The notes under the pieces: model-generated | Told to the model about the DNA's origin: nothing | The model's input: only the letters and a program-made list of their open reading frames with translations | Databases searched by the model: none | Position numbers and translations under genes: made by a program | Part shown: in pieces, positions 1 to 14,689 of the stretch | Position numbering within the stretch: position 1 is the first letter of the stretch | Layout of the letters: each line of letters opens with the position of its first letter | DNA from: Daphnia carinata | Lineage: Eukaryota | Direction of reading: 5' to 3' | Assembly: GCF_022539665.2 (NCBI RefSeq) | Contig: NC_081333.1 | Location: 12,090,001-12,154,000 of the forward strand | Length of the DNA: 64,000 nucleotides

Positions 1-3000
1 TATTTTTTTTTTCTCGACGTCTCGCTAATGAACTTGTCTAGCGATATGAAAACACAGGAGGCGGAGGCTTCCGTCCTGCGCGCTGTGTGTCCGACAGAGC
101 CAAGGGATGTAAGGGCGGCTTGTCCTTTTTGCTACATTCCCCTCGTCGACGCGAAGTTTTTATTTCTTTTATTTTTGTGTTGTTCTTAGATTAGAGTTTC
201 TCAAAATGTTAAACTGTTTTCTTTAAACAAAAAAAAAAAAAAAAAGCAAAACAACCTACTTATGATTCCTTTAGCCGTGTTTGACGGCAAGACGTCGCTA
301 TACGCAAGGACCCCGGAATTCTTCCACAAGCATGAAACAAAACAAAAATATATGTATCCGGAAATTTACTATGAGATGATGCGTGTGAACGAGTAACTCA
401 GTGCCGAGTCAACATCAAAAGTATATATGTACATTGTCGGCAAGCAAATCAGACGAACGTTGGACGCCGGCGTAAAGGAGAGAGGGGGTTTTCAAAGGGA
501 AAAGAGAATTGTTTAACACGGTGCTTATTTATTTATTTTTTTCTTAGCGCTCTAGATGACCGTGGGAGTGTATTTTAACTTATCGATGGCTTGGAGTTTT
601 TTTTTTTCAGCGCACGTAAGGGACGTACGAGAAATATGTCAATAGCTTTCAAGGGAATACTCAATTTTCTATCGCTGACGTACTCGTCCATTCGGCACAA
701 GAGGCTACACTCTGAAAAAAAAAAACGTAGCATTTCTATCTTTTATCTATATAATTACCTGGCAATTTGCCAATAGGGTAGTAGAGGAGTGGTTCCCTGT
801 TCTTTTTTTTTTTTTTTTTTAACCTTCCTTCTCTTCAACTTCTCGGGGGCTCTTCCCCCCTAACCGAAAAAAAAAAAAAGTGGCAGGTTCAAACGACCGA
901 CTTAAAGAAAAAGAAATAATATCTACCACTCTATACTCGTCTGTACTCTCCGGAGCAAAAGCCTTCCCCACTTCTCACCACCTTCAAAACCAAAGCGTCT
1001 CCGCCATCATTCACACCTTTGGTTCTCACGCTCGCCAACTATTCGGAGAGGATGCCATCAACACAAGAATCATCCGCTGATGGATCAAAAGGATCGTCTA
1101 TCTCTCAGCATCTCGAGGGCGCACACCTAGTTGTTGAAGAGCCTCCTCTTTTTTTTTCTCCATCCATTACCTGATGGAATATTTTTTTTCTCTCTTATTT
1201 CTTTGTCCCACTTTCTTACTCTACTCTCTTCTAAAAAAAAAAATCAACGTTTTTCCCAAAAGAGTTTTATTTCATTTTATTTTTTGTTGTTCGACTGCGA
1301 AATGGAAAGGATCGTTTACATTTTAAAAATTTCAAAAAACAAAAAGAAAGGGAGAGAAAATAAATACAGTAGAGAATGTAGCAATAGTATGTTGGCTCCA
1401 TATAAACTTGATCGAGTGTCTCTGGAGAGAAAGAAAAATGACTGGACGTATATATATATATATATATATTAGTGGCTGGTTGCTATGGAACCTCCATACG
1501 GGTAGATAGATACACAGTAAATTGCGCCATGGCTAAAGAAACGAAAAAAAAAAAAGAATTGCTTGGAGGCTCCGTGTTAATTAAAAGTAGAATTTACAAC
1601 GACAATAATTGAGCCGCGGGGACTTTTTTTTTCTGGGTAGCAAAAAAAAAAAAAATAATAATTTAAAGATGAATATGTATACACAGGCATATAATAATTC
1701 GAGAAAGAGTGGGGGAAACCAAAGTGTTGGTCGAGCTCCGAGAAGAAGTAATTCACGTCTAGGTTCTATTTTTTATTGCGGAAGGTTGGTTCTATTATTT
1801 TGATAAAACGCCATGTTTGCGTTGGTATATTTCAAGCTCTCTTAAAAAAAGAAAAAGGGAGGAAATTAAAGAATAACAAAAGAATAAAGAACGAGCCTCG
1901 TTCTTCTCAATGACGCTTGCTTCTAAAACTCTACAAGAGAGAAAAAGAGAAACAAAAAAAAAAAAAATAGTCAATTAGAATGTTGAGGGACTCCAAGAGG
2001 CATAGAAAGGCCGTCTGGACGGCCAGCACGAGAAAAATCTACAACAGTGGGGGGTGGTTAACGTTAGTCCGTTTGCTGCTGTGCTACATGACTGGACACA
2101 CATACATTCGGTTTATATCCCTTAGAATGGGAAGGAAAGGATAATATCATCATCTCACACTTTCTTCTTTTTTAATTTCTTCTTGGCCCTTGTGAGCAAT
2201 CAAAATCTCCTCATTTCTTTGTTTTTATTTTGCGATTGTTCCTTCTTTAAAAAAAGAAAAAACTAGAGGCTAAAGGAAGGCTGTTAAGATTGTGACATAA
2301 AAAAAGAAAAGACCTTACGACGTTTAAAGAGAACTACAGGCTCTGACGTTATGGAGGCATTATCACCTCCTTTGACTTTAACACGTGCAAATATGCAAAT
2401 GTATTATGTACGCAAACTGTTTCACCCCAATAAAAAAACGAAATGCACTGCCACTATGACCTGATACAATTGTGATAGCTTATTCAAAAAGAAAATGAAT
2501 GTATTCGTGATGTGTTCTTAATACTCACGTCCCACGGATTGGACACGGCTATCACAATCGGACGCTTTCTACATTTTGAAATAGATCTACCGTTGCAGAG
2601 CTAATCTCGGACATCTACAGACAAAGGGGGGGACAAGAAGAAGAATTTCAATCCGCAGATTTTATGACGATATTGACGACGAAGATGATGCACTTTTTAC
2701 ACACATGAAAGAACCGCTCGCCAGAATGTTATCCTCATTTCTTTCCACTCAATTGCTATTATTCGTTGTCTCTTTTTTTTTTTTGACATTCCGAACAGTG
2801 GCTGACCAGGGCCAAGAAGAAAGGGCTTTTTCTTTTCATCGTATAAGCCAAACAATAAAAGAAAAATGTAACACAGACGAGACACTAGGGTGGCATCAGG
2901 GATGAAAGAAGCAAGGGCAATTTGCCCTGGCCTTATGAGGCCATCAAATCGATCGCTCGATAAGCACATACTTTTCTGATTTTTATGTTTGTCCTTACTT

Positions 3001-6000
3001 CAGCTGCCTTGTTATTGTACCTAACAATATGTTGAAAAAGAAAAAAGCCGGCCAAAGGCTAAGTCTATAAGAACTCACAGCAGCCGAATAGAACAAAACC
3101 GAAAAAGTCCAGCAGAACAAGAATATGATGGAGCAGCTTTTGGGATAAAAGAAACAGTGGCCCTTCTATCTTATCCTCGCATTATTAAATAGACACAGTT
3201 AGAGAAGGGCCACCTACTTTGTACACAAGACTTTATATCGTCCGAAATGATTACGAATGAATTGGTCTTAAATGAAGCGTTTCACAACAGCACGTAGTGC
3301 GGATATAGCCAAAAGGGCGGACATTGCCGATTTATGTTTCAGCCGGTGGAAGAGAAGGGACTTGAACGATTTCTTTTGTGTAAGCTTATCTTCTCTTTAT
3401 TCTAAGCTTCAATTTTTTTTTTTTTTGGCTGCTGGTATCAAGGTAATAATCCTGGGGCTTCTTCGCCTGATGGTTTTGAAGGTGAGCCGCAGAAAACGAC
3501 GGCTGTCCAACTGAATCATCAACTGCATTTTTTAAAATAAACTTGAGGAAAGGGTTGAACTTGATAAGCCAATGCGAAAACCACAAAAATGCGCTGGCTT
3601 TCTCTACGAACTATTATAATAACCCATTGTATGTAAACATTTGACCGCTTCCTTTTTCTAATGACGGCAGACCCCACTCATTTGCGTATAGAAACTTGTG
3701 CAGGCCAATGTACATGTATGTATTCATACGATGATTACAAACGATATGCCTATGAGGTACAGCTTAACCTGCACCGCCCACGTCATTGTCCTGAATCAAC
3801 GTTCAATCGGGGAAAATTCCCTGAAAAGAGTATGATTATCAATATTTATACTGGAAGGTTAAGGCTACGTCCAATCACTGATGATCATACAGCTAGCTCA
3901 CGTTATTTCGTGTCACGCATTTGGGAAAAAAAAATTATATAAATATCCATGGAATGCAAATTACCAACGGATATTAACATGAGCAAGTCGTTTTACTTTT
4001 TCTTTAAAGAAAATGACTCTATTTAGCTTTTTTTTGCTAAATTACATGTTTCCATATGAATCAGAAATCATTTCCATCGGACCGCGAAACATTTTTCGGA
4101 CGTAGTTGCGTGATTTTTTCTTTCCCCTCGATGTAAATGAAGGCGCTGCTAGTGGATAGCCGGATAAGAAAGGGAAGCCAATCCTTAATACATTTATTTG
4201 GTTGTTGTTTAAATTACAAAGGAGAAGAAGAAGAAGACAGACTGCCCTGTGTGAGGGGCGAGTCGAGTGCCATGTAATCCAAGCTGCTCCAAGCTGAGGG
4301 GTTTTGTTGTTGTTGTCGTTGTTGTTGCATTGTTGAAACGGACCTACACACACCAGCAACACACAGAGAGGGTTCTGGCCGGGAGGTCTAACGAGATATT
4401 ATACCAGCAAGTTTGCCCACCAATGACTCAGACGATTGGTTGGTGGGTGTTTCACCTCCTACGTCGCCATTGGTCGAACCCGACATCATAGCAATTGATA
4501 CCCCCTACACTCCCATTTCTTTTTCGGTATACATGCATCACCTCAAAAACCCACGTATATATTTTTTTTTTTTATGGGAAATATCAAGGAATGAAGTAAG
4601 CTGACATCAAGAATGGACAGTGAGGCAAGGCAGAAATGCACGTCATTTCAGCGAAACAAATGAAAATAACGATGAGGCAATCATCCGGGGGAAATCGATT
4701 ATGACGTCGACGATCATCGCCAACGTAATCAATACCTGAAACTTGTATTGCAGTTGATTTTTTTTTTTAAAGCGGAACTGTACAAAAAAAAAAAAAAAAA
4801 CCACCCATATTTTTTTGTTTTTCAATAATGAGCTGCGTGACTGGGCCCAACCTTGTGCCTCGATTTATAGCATCTACAGGCATCCGGGAATTTCTAAATA
4901 AATGAGATGTCATGTCGCTTATGATTGTTTTTTCAACTATTCGCTCAAAGAGAAAGAATAGGTTGAGGAGAAATCTACTTGTCGTGCTGATCTCTCCAGC
5001 AACAAACGGCCCCCGGAATAAAAATAAAATTCCCCTTATTCAAAAAAATAAAAAAAAAAAATAAAATGGAAAGACAAATTGTTCTTGTCGACTCGTGCTT
5101 GTTATCGTTCCTCTGTCTCAACGTCCGCGTCCTTTTTTTTCGGTTTCCCGCTGTCACTTTTTTTTTAAGGGCCTCCAAACAATGTGGTCTCTACACGGGC
5201 AAAAAAAAAAAGAAGAAAGGATCCTCGTACCAATTTGGGTGGCAACCTCTAAGGGTCTCGATATGGGTGGCAAGTTTCTTCGATCGCCACACAAAACGTG
5301 ATGTCTCCATCTTCCTTGACTGATGAGTAATAAGGGCACACATAAAGGCATAGACCTTTTTGTTTTTTCTTTCAGTAGCCACAGGTTACGTTCATTTTTA
5401 TTCGCGATCCTTGTCAGCCTTCTTCCTTTCAACCTTCTTCTTTTTTTTTATCTAACCATCCGATGTCTTTGTTTCTGACTTATTGTTAATGGGGCCAACT
5501 TCTTGACCAGACTTTGATCTTTATATCAATTTTCATCGTCGTCTGGAGTGGGCCTTTTTTTTTTTTAGTTGCGTACGGTAGCAACGGTTGTACACCTGGA
5601 GTCTAGCTGATGCTGTTAGAGGGCCCGAGGAGATAGGAGATGGGTTTTTGTCTGTCATCTTTTTTTTTTTTTTCAAAGCTTCTAGGAGGCCAGCCAGGAG
5701 CGCTGCCCATCGAATGCGTAGCGGTGTTTTGCGGCCAGAGTGACGGATGGCTTTGGCAGTTGAAGTTGTCGTCAGTTAATGACTGCCATTCGTTATGAAC
5801 GCGCCAGAAGGGAAAGAGCCCTCACACATTTCAATGCTTGAATTACAAAGAAAAAAAAAAAAGAGAATGAAATTTCAACAATTCAATGTTCGCAAAGGTT
5901 AAACGGTACGAGAATGCAAACGTGTACTTGTACAGCTAAACAGGTTTGAACTAAATGGATGTATATATAGTAACACAAGACCCCTTCGGTATAAACTTTG

Positions 6001-8245
6001 CCTTTTATAGTTAGACACGGTAACCATTTTAATTTTTTTCTCACACAAATGTTTGAAGCTAAAACCATCTTGACGTACCAGTTTGTACATTCAGTATAAT
6101 AATGTATGATTGGAAAAAAAGAACTCCTTTCTTTTGTGTCTAAATCTCGGGTGGCCGGTTGAAGGGAATGTTTGCGCGCGAGCGAAGTCACAGGGAAAAA
6201 AGGTGTACTCGTTAATCTGTTGGCCATTGACGCGGCTGAGAATGGAGTGTCGTTACACATAATCAGCGTGTCCGTTTTTTTTTCTTTTTTCGACCCTACA
6301 AAACAGGACCCCCAATTGCAGACGGGTAATAAGCAAGGAAAGGTCACACACAAAAATTCACCTTGTTCCGCTTTGCTGCCGGAACAGCCATAACTCTTCG
6401 ATTATTTCGACTTCTATTTGAGGATTTCAAAGAAACAACATTGCTCTTACCATTTAAAAGAAAAACTAGAGTAAAATGTACGTTGTGATGAAATGTTTGG
6501 ATGCTTCATTAATGGGTCGAGAAAAAGGAAAAAAAAAATACACGAATTGCGAAACCCCTTTCTAACTAACTGGTTCGTGATTTGGCTGGTTATGGCCATT
6601 GTCGCCTCGCCCAAGGTTTTTATCAAAAAGGATGGCGTCCTAATCGAAATCCATTAGCCGAAACACGGTGAAATGAACGTCTTCCATCAAGACTTTTGCA
6701 CAGAATGTCTTCTATTTATAGCATTTTTTTTTTTTTTTCAAAAAGCAAAGATAGATGCTTCTTATATGCGTACAATGTAAGTTGCATTATTAGCCCCCGC
6801 GGTGACGGCGAAAATAGCCCAACCATATTGGAATTGAAATTTATAAAATAAAAAACACAATAGAAAAAGAAAGGAAGAAAATGTTCAGCAATGAATGAGT
6901 GATGATATGCTGCCCGCAGTGCCCGGTGAGTGGCTAATGATCGAAATGGAACAGGTGAGTGAGATGGCACACTCATTTTTGACGACTCTGGTGGGCAAGC
7001 ATCAAAGTAAAAAGAAAAAAAAAAAAAAAAAAAAGGTCCGGGGCCCAAGGAACTAATCAACCGAACAACCTAATTCCTCCTCTCTTTCCTGTGTGTAGAA
7101 AATAGGAGGGTCTGGGACCCTTAAAAATAAAAGATGGGGTAAAAAAAAAAATATATATTTTAAAGAAGGTGGTGGTAGAGAAAATCATCAAAACGTTTGT
7201 CAAGTTGCCCACCGTTAACCGTGTCGGCAATCATTTTCTATATACCCCTATCTCCTTTTACCGATGATTACCAGACCTTTTCTTTTTTTAAAGTTGCCAG
7301 TTCATTGAGCACATTCCTTTATTTCTTTTTTTTTTTTTTGTTTCATGTCCGTACATGTCAAGCGGTTTCATTCAGTTCATTACGAAAACAATTCGGAAAA
7401 AACCAAAATTTCTTGTCGATTATGAAACGCCAAAGATGTCTTCCGTGCCACCCACCACCTCAAATATGCCTGCGCCCACCTCGTGAAAAAATGAACGCAA
7501 CATAAAAACAAAATTCTTCTCCATTCCAGTCCCGTTTTTTCTTTTTGTTTTTGAACATTTTTTTTTTTTTTTTTTTTTTTGAGTGGGGAAGGCCTCGTTT
7601 CTCCTACACCGAGAGATGGAAAACTGCTGCAGTTCACAGGCAGTTTTGTATTATTTTTTTTTATTTTTTACTCCGGCCACGAAAAAAGAGGAGGAGTATC
7701 CGAGCAAAAGAAGGCGGGCATGGGGAGGTGGTGGCAATGGAAGAGGATGGGTGGGTTAGAAAAAAAGACGGGGTTGGTAGCAGTACCGAAGAGAGAGTGA
7801 GTCCCCCCCACCCCATTCATGGTCTTGGTGGATGGCACATATCCGACCAGTCTCCTTCAGACCGTTCAACAGTTTAGAGAGAGGAAAAAACGCAGCTCAA
7901 GTTCCAAGTTGTTTTTGTTTTGTTTTTTCTTTTGACACGATACGTTAGCCAGACACAACGCGCACCAAAAACATCGACAATCACCTGGTTTTTGCAGAAA
8001 GAAAAGCCACACTTGATTGTTACACGCCAGTTCTTGTGGCTGTCAATCAGCCATTCAAATCAAACAATCATTCATGCGCTAGTTGGCCCAGTACTTTGAC
8101 TTTTCATCGGTTTTTCTTTCAAAATCATCAGCAGCGATTTATTCTAATTCTCAATTGTGAAAGATAGTGCTTCTCTAGAGTGATACCGAAACAAAGTTCA
8201 TCCCCTCGGCCGAATTTTTTTGTAGCAATTTTGCGAAAGAGGAAA

Positions 8246-11200
8246 ATGAGTTCAACGAGGACGACCGTTGTTTTGGTGTTGGTGTTGATGATGGTACTGC
8301 CGTATCTCGGCACGGCCAAAGGTCGAGGAAGAGGCAGCAAATGGTGGTAAGTGAATTTTAAATTAAGGGTATTTTCCCCTGATTGTTAATCGTTACATCA
8401 TTCCGGTCGCTTTGAGCCTTTTCATTGATCATTGTTTGCAAGCGATTTGTTGTTGTTTGTGGGCCGTTCACACACACAGGGTAGATAGTTTCGAAAAATA
8501 GGAAGCATTTAAACGGTTGGAAAAAAAAAGCCCGTCGGCCTCTTTCTACAGTTGATCCGTGTTCGCTATTCAGCCTATTGTTGACTCAAAGAACGAGAGG
8601 GGGGGGGGGGGAGGTATTAGAGATCACGCTACGCTGGTGATTATGTTTGAAAGTTGAGCCAAAAGCCGCCATCTCTCCCCTTTTTTCAAACTCTTTTTGC
8701 TCATCGTGCCAGTCAATAGAAAATGTTTGTTGATTAGCCCACACTTCCTGTGAACATTTTACAAGCCTTTTTTTTTTTATTTTTTTTTTCCTTCTCTATT
8801 TCGATTTCTAGAGAGAAAAAGAGGGGGGCCACAAAAGTCTCTCAAAAAAGGGTTTGTGGAGAGTGGCCATGCCTGATTAGCTTCTCATTCAATGAGCACG
8901 AGAGTTTAAAAAGAAAAATCAAACGAGCACAGCAGAAGCTTTTGAACATCAGCACTTTGTTGTTGAAAAAAAAAAAGGGGGGGGGGGGTTGAACAAGAGA
9001 AAGTTTAAAGCGCACATCAGTGAAAGGGTTTCAATTGAAACGAGTTGGATATATCACGGACATAGTAGAAACAAAAAAAAATGGAGGGCTTGTTGTCTGT
9101 AAGCTATTCGTGTGCACGCGTTTTCTAGCTTATTAAACCCTTTGAAAAAAAAAAATCAAGAGGATTTTATTTTTATAGAAACAGTGGCGGCGTCGCTTTT
9201 TTATTTTGTTCTTTGTGTGCGGTCAAAATCTTTTGTCGGAATATATCCCTCCACCAGAAAACTTTTTAGCTTGTTATCTCAGTCGGTTTGTCTCTTCATA
9301 AATCATATGACGAAGAAGATGGTAAGTGGAAGAAGCGTCCGGATGTGTCAGCCCGAAAAGGGAAAAACAATTGACTCAAATCTCAGGGTCGGTGTAGGAT
9401 CAAGAGTCGTCTCTTTTTGCTGCGGAAAGAATAGGAAAAAGCCTATATCAAAGTGGGGTACTTACAAATCTGATAGATGCATACACTCGAGATATGCATT
9501 TAAGCTGCTGATCTTGTTTTTAGAGAGAATCGCTCGGTTTTGTTGTAGGTTGACACGTTCGATATTCATCCGGGGGTAGTAAAGAAAAAAAAAAAATAAT
9601 AAGAATCCGTTACAATTGTGACCACTGATTTCTTTGTTCCGTTCGAAAAGGACATTTGTTTAACAACCAAACATATTTTTAAAAATTCTCTATTGGATTA
9701 TTTTCCTCTTTTGATGAATTTTTTTCTTTTCTTTCCCCGTTTGCCTGCATTCATGAACAAACTCAGTTGGTACCAAGACATGACACTTCAATTTGTTTTC
9801 TAATGATGAGTCTGACACGGCGAGCATGCCGGACACAAAAGCCTAGATCATGACAAAAGCCTTATAATGGAGACAACCATCACAGCATCGAAAAAAAAAG
9901 GGGAGAGAAAAATGTTGGAAAAAAATATATGAAATAGGTGGGACGGAAGAGATGAAAAGAGTGAGCCGAAAGGTGTATTTATGGATGGATGGGGGGTCCA
10001 TATATATATATATATATACAATGCATACCGGTGTAGATAGAAAAAAAAGGGGGGGGGGGTCTTCAACTTTCCGGTCGTCGTTTCAAGTGGAGGGGGGATA
10101 TGTATATCTACATTGAATTGGTTTTGAAAAGGACTCTGTGTGTATATACAAGTTGGTATATGTTCCTCCATTTTTTTTTTCAAGAGAGAGAGAGTTGTAT
10201 TCAGTAGGAAGAAGAGGGGGGCTCCTGAGCTGTCATGAAAGCAATGAAGAAGAAGAAGGTTGTTGAAAGGTCGCTCAGCGGATGTTGTATCCCTTTGGTA
10301 TTTAGATGGTTACAACAGATGAATTGGCTTTCTCGCGCTATGTCCATTGATCGGGGACGGACATTCGTATCTTACGTGCAAATGATTGGAGGTGTCCTTT
10401 TGAAATCGGAATAATTCAACATTCAAAAAATGAGCCCACACACAAACGATCGATGAAGAAAGAGGATCTTGCTTTTCTATGCGTTCGGTTACAGCAGAAG
10501 GAAAAAGGGGGAGGGATGGTCAAACGATTTGTTAGTGAGGCGTCGAACCTTGTGTCTTGTTTAACAGAAAGAAAAAGAGAAGAGTCAATGAGGAGTGTCA
10601 TTCTTGTTGCCCATCATCATCTCTCCTTTTCTTTTTCTCCACTGTTGTATCCGTTTATTAGTCTCAGTACCTGTCCTCACCCTTCGGACCACTCATCGAT
10701 GTGTCCATCTACATAAAGTTTTACTCCTTTTTTGCGACAACGGGTTGTATATTTATACACCGAACCCCCCAAAAAATGTATTGTGTATACGTACAGGTCC
10801 ATGCCCTTCTGTCAAGTTTACTCCGAGAGTATAGCGCACGAGGGTTTCTGTGTTTAGTCCAAAGAAAAGAATTGGAGACAGGCAGCAAACATCAAAAAGT
10901 TTAGAAGAAATAAGGGAGTTGGGTGGGAGGATAAAAGAGAAGAAACTACCTGGAGGTCATCATTCAGTGCCCTAATTATACAGTCAGCGAGCCGTTTTTC
11001 TTCTGCTGAACACATCTATCGTTTGAAGAGTCTTTACCACACACACACACACATAGAGAGATATACTTCAGAATTTAACAGAGGGGAATGAGGCATATTT
11101 CACAAAAGAAAGAGAGCGCTATGGTAACAAACCCCTGTAAAGAAAAAGAAAAAAAAACTTTAGCGGCTAAAGAAGAGGGGGGGGTCAATCAGCGGACGTT

Positions 11201-14200
11201 TTGGGGCTTCTAACTAATAATGAAATAAGGCAAAAAAGAATGAAAAGAGGACGGACAATTTAATCAATTTTAATGATAGACTATGACCCCCCTCCTCTAT
11301 TGGGTACGAAAAAAAAAAAAAAAAAAAAAAATGAAAGAAAAATCGTTAGCGTAGGTCCATTGTTGTGTGTCGGCAAGGTCCGGGTCCGTGCGCATCTTAT
11401 AGACGCAAAGAAAGAAACTGAGATGAATGCGTAGATGTCAGTTTTAATGACTTAATGATTCAATTCGTTTGCATATAAATATTTTGTTGTATTATTGTCG
11501 TACTTGGGTATAATGTTACGCCGGTGTGTGTTGCTTATTCAAACACAAGTAACGTAATATCCGGCCGTAATCGTTTGATTTTCCCTTCAACCCTTCGTCT
11601 CATTAGCATAATGTATGTGAAAGAGATAAGCCCCATCCGTCTATTCATCTATCAACACTCGGCGTGAAGATGATTGTCGGGCCTCTATTGTGTCCACATC
11701 ATTTGCTGCACACACACAACGCGTCGATTGCTCATTTTTCTTTATAGTTAAATTCTATCATGAATACGTAATGAAGAGAAGGCCATCAGGGTCGTTCGAT
11801 TGTGTTTTGAATTGTCTAGGATTTTGAATAATGAATGGATCTTTTGTTTTTCTCCTTTTTGAAGCAGGGGAATAGCCCGAGCTGGCGAGCCCAACAATTT
11901 GGTGTCGAATTCCATCAAGGAGAATTCGATTACCAACTCTTACCTGGATCCGGATGTTCACGCAACTTTGAGACGCAAACAGCGGCGGCTGGTCCGCGAC
12001 CACCCGGGCGTCGTCGTGGCCGTGGCCAAGGGCGCCAAACAAGCCATCTCCGAGTGTAAGCACCAATTCAAGAACCGACGCTGGAATTGCCCAACCAAGG
12101 ACTTCCATCGCGGACGCAATCTCTTCGGAAAGATCGTCGATCGAGGTAAAGCTGACTCATCCCTCTGTCCCTTGCGTGGGAAATAAAAACAAACAAAAAA
12201 AAAAACCCACAAGACGTGGAACATTTTAAGACGATTTTTTTTAAAGCCAATTTTGACGTAATGGAATTCATGAGTCGTCCATTTTTTAAGTAATCCGTTT
12301 GCGATATGGAGAGCTAAACATCGGCTGTGTTGTGTGTGTAATCATTGTTGACACCGAGTTGCTAGTCGATTGCAACAGCAAATTGGGCAATTGTTCCAGA
12401 GCTCCGCAGCGTGTGATATGCGTACGATATTACACGGCCTCGCGCAATTTTGTTTAAAAAAAAAAAATCGTGCAAAGACACCTACGCAGGCTCACACGCT
12501 TTATAGGTACCATCTGTTGTGTGTGTGTGTGGGGGGGGGGAATCAAAGCGAATCCAACCGAAAGACAAAGACTCGTTGGTTCGTCACACCGTTTCAAAAT
12601 AAATATGAGGCCATTTTTTTTTGTTTCTCTATTCTTATTTCAAGTTTTTATTTTAGACGTCTTCATTTTTGTTTTTCTTGATTATTTCAACGTTTCGGTT
12701 AGCGTCGTGATTACGAAACGAGCGGCGAGAAGAAAGGCAAACAATCGCTTGAGGGAGGGCTGGTCTCAAAAGAACAATTGATCCCGGGCACGGGGTGCAA
12801 ATGGAACCATTTAGTTTCTTCGTTGATTTTTGTATTTCTTTAGTTGAAGAGAAAAAAAAAAGGAAGGTATTTTCCAATGTTGTTGGTTCGATCGATAAAC
12901 AAATAGACGATCGCTTTTTCTTTTGTTCCATTCGGGTGGAAGAAAGAAGAAAACGCGGCTTCGGTTAACGTAGTGTCAATAACGAACAACACAACCGTGG
13001 GTGTGTTTGCTGATCAATGGGCCATTTCAAAGTCACGAACCTCTTCAAGTGTCTTTTATTTTTTTTTTTCTCTTTGACGACAGTACACACTCCCCCCTCT
13101 CTCCTTTGTACATACAACAAACCCAAAGACATTTGTATAGTATATATAGGCAACTGGTATAGGCCTAACAATCGATTTCTTTAGCTGATTGGGATGGCCT
13201 ATATGTTTTCTAACATCACCTGTTTTATGGTGTGTATCGTTTCTTTTTTTTTTTTTTTTTTTTTTTGCTCCAAAGGGCTAAAACACACACACACCTTCTC
13301 CGTGATGGAGAAGGTGTTCGTTCTGACATACGCAGACACTTTACAGCAATTGTGTTTGTTATGTTTTTTTTCCTTTTTCTCGTACGCGGCACAGTGGGGG
13401 GGGGAGAAAGATTTTTCTTTCTGGACAGTTTGAATAATGCACGAAAAGCCCCCCGACGGCACGTCATTAATTGGATTTTGAAAATGTGTATATCTTTAGT
13501 TCATCTAGAGACGATGGGCGACAATTTGTTTTTCCAGGCTCCGAAAATGAAATGTAAATCAATCGATTCTGGTAGAAGCTGTTTTGCCTTCGGTAAATGA
13601 ATTACGAAGAAATGTACAAGGCTTTTCGTAACTGACACGATTATTCAGAATAGGAGACGCTCGAAATCTTTCTTTCGGAAAGAGGGGAATATTTCGTTAT
13701 GAAAGAATTTCACGGTCGGTTGAAGAGACGGGAGGTTACGTTGGGGTGGTATTCGCAGGTGGGTCGATAGAAGGGAGGCACCGAATAAATATTAAAATAG
13801 AAGAGAAATAAAAAAAAAGCGCAGGTATTTCGGTTTTTTATACGAGCAGGACACACGGCAGGAACTCGTCATTGTAGAAAAGGAAAAATCGACTTGTTGC
13901 ATTTTGGGGAACTTTGTATTGCGTTATCTACACGATCGTTATTTTCTCCTTTTTTATTTCCTTTGAAAAAAAAAAAAAAAATGCCTTTAAAAAAAAAAAA
14001 AAAAAATAGATACACACAGTTAGATCGAAATAGCTTGAAACCACCCAAGGAGGGCCGTTTGCCTGTGACTGACCGCCGAAAGTATTTTTTGGATTTTAAA
14101 ACTATAAGAAACATCATCATCACAACTTTGCCTCTAAGCTATTCAAACAGGTCATTTTTTTTTTATTCCTTCTTCAAAATCGCTACCTTTCTTGATTGAG

Positions 14201-14657
14201 TTTAATGTATTGAATAAGCATCCAGATGGCTTCATTTATTTTATTTTTCTCTCTTCTAAAAAAAAAAAAAAAAAACTAACACGACGCCCAGGTGACCATC
14301 GTCCGAATGAGTAGACAATAGTCAAAAGGAAGGAACAATAAAAAAAAAAAAGAAACGATGGAAAAGAAAAAGGAACAACAAAAAATATATAAAAAACAAA
14401 AAGAAAGAAACTACTCAAAGCGTCCAGGTGTGCCCGAGGCTGTAGTGGATAGTGACTTCATTTAGGGGGCTAATTATGGCCTCCTCCGCGTGCACTTCAT
14501 TACAGGGCGGCAGCCAAAGGGAAAGACAAGCAAAGCGATGAGACGGTTGATCTCTCCGCATCGCTGTTGTAACCGGCTCGATTAGTCTTCTCCTTTTTCC
14601 GCCGGCTCTCGATGGCAGATGGAACCAGCAGGAGGATCTCCATAACCATTTAGAACA

Positions 14658-14689
<32 letters not shown>

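Noticed and set aside
7840..7880. Putative Wnt1 transcription start (CCAGTC / TTCAGA near GA-rich tracts)
   Set aside because: Only a partial Inr match and no clear TATA; not supportable without CAGE data.
1..8245. Expected Wnt9 upstream of Wnt1
   Set aside because: No Wnt-like exon recognised; it may lie outside the window, so absence cannot be claimed.
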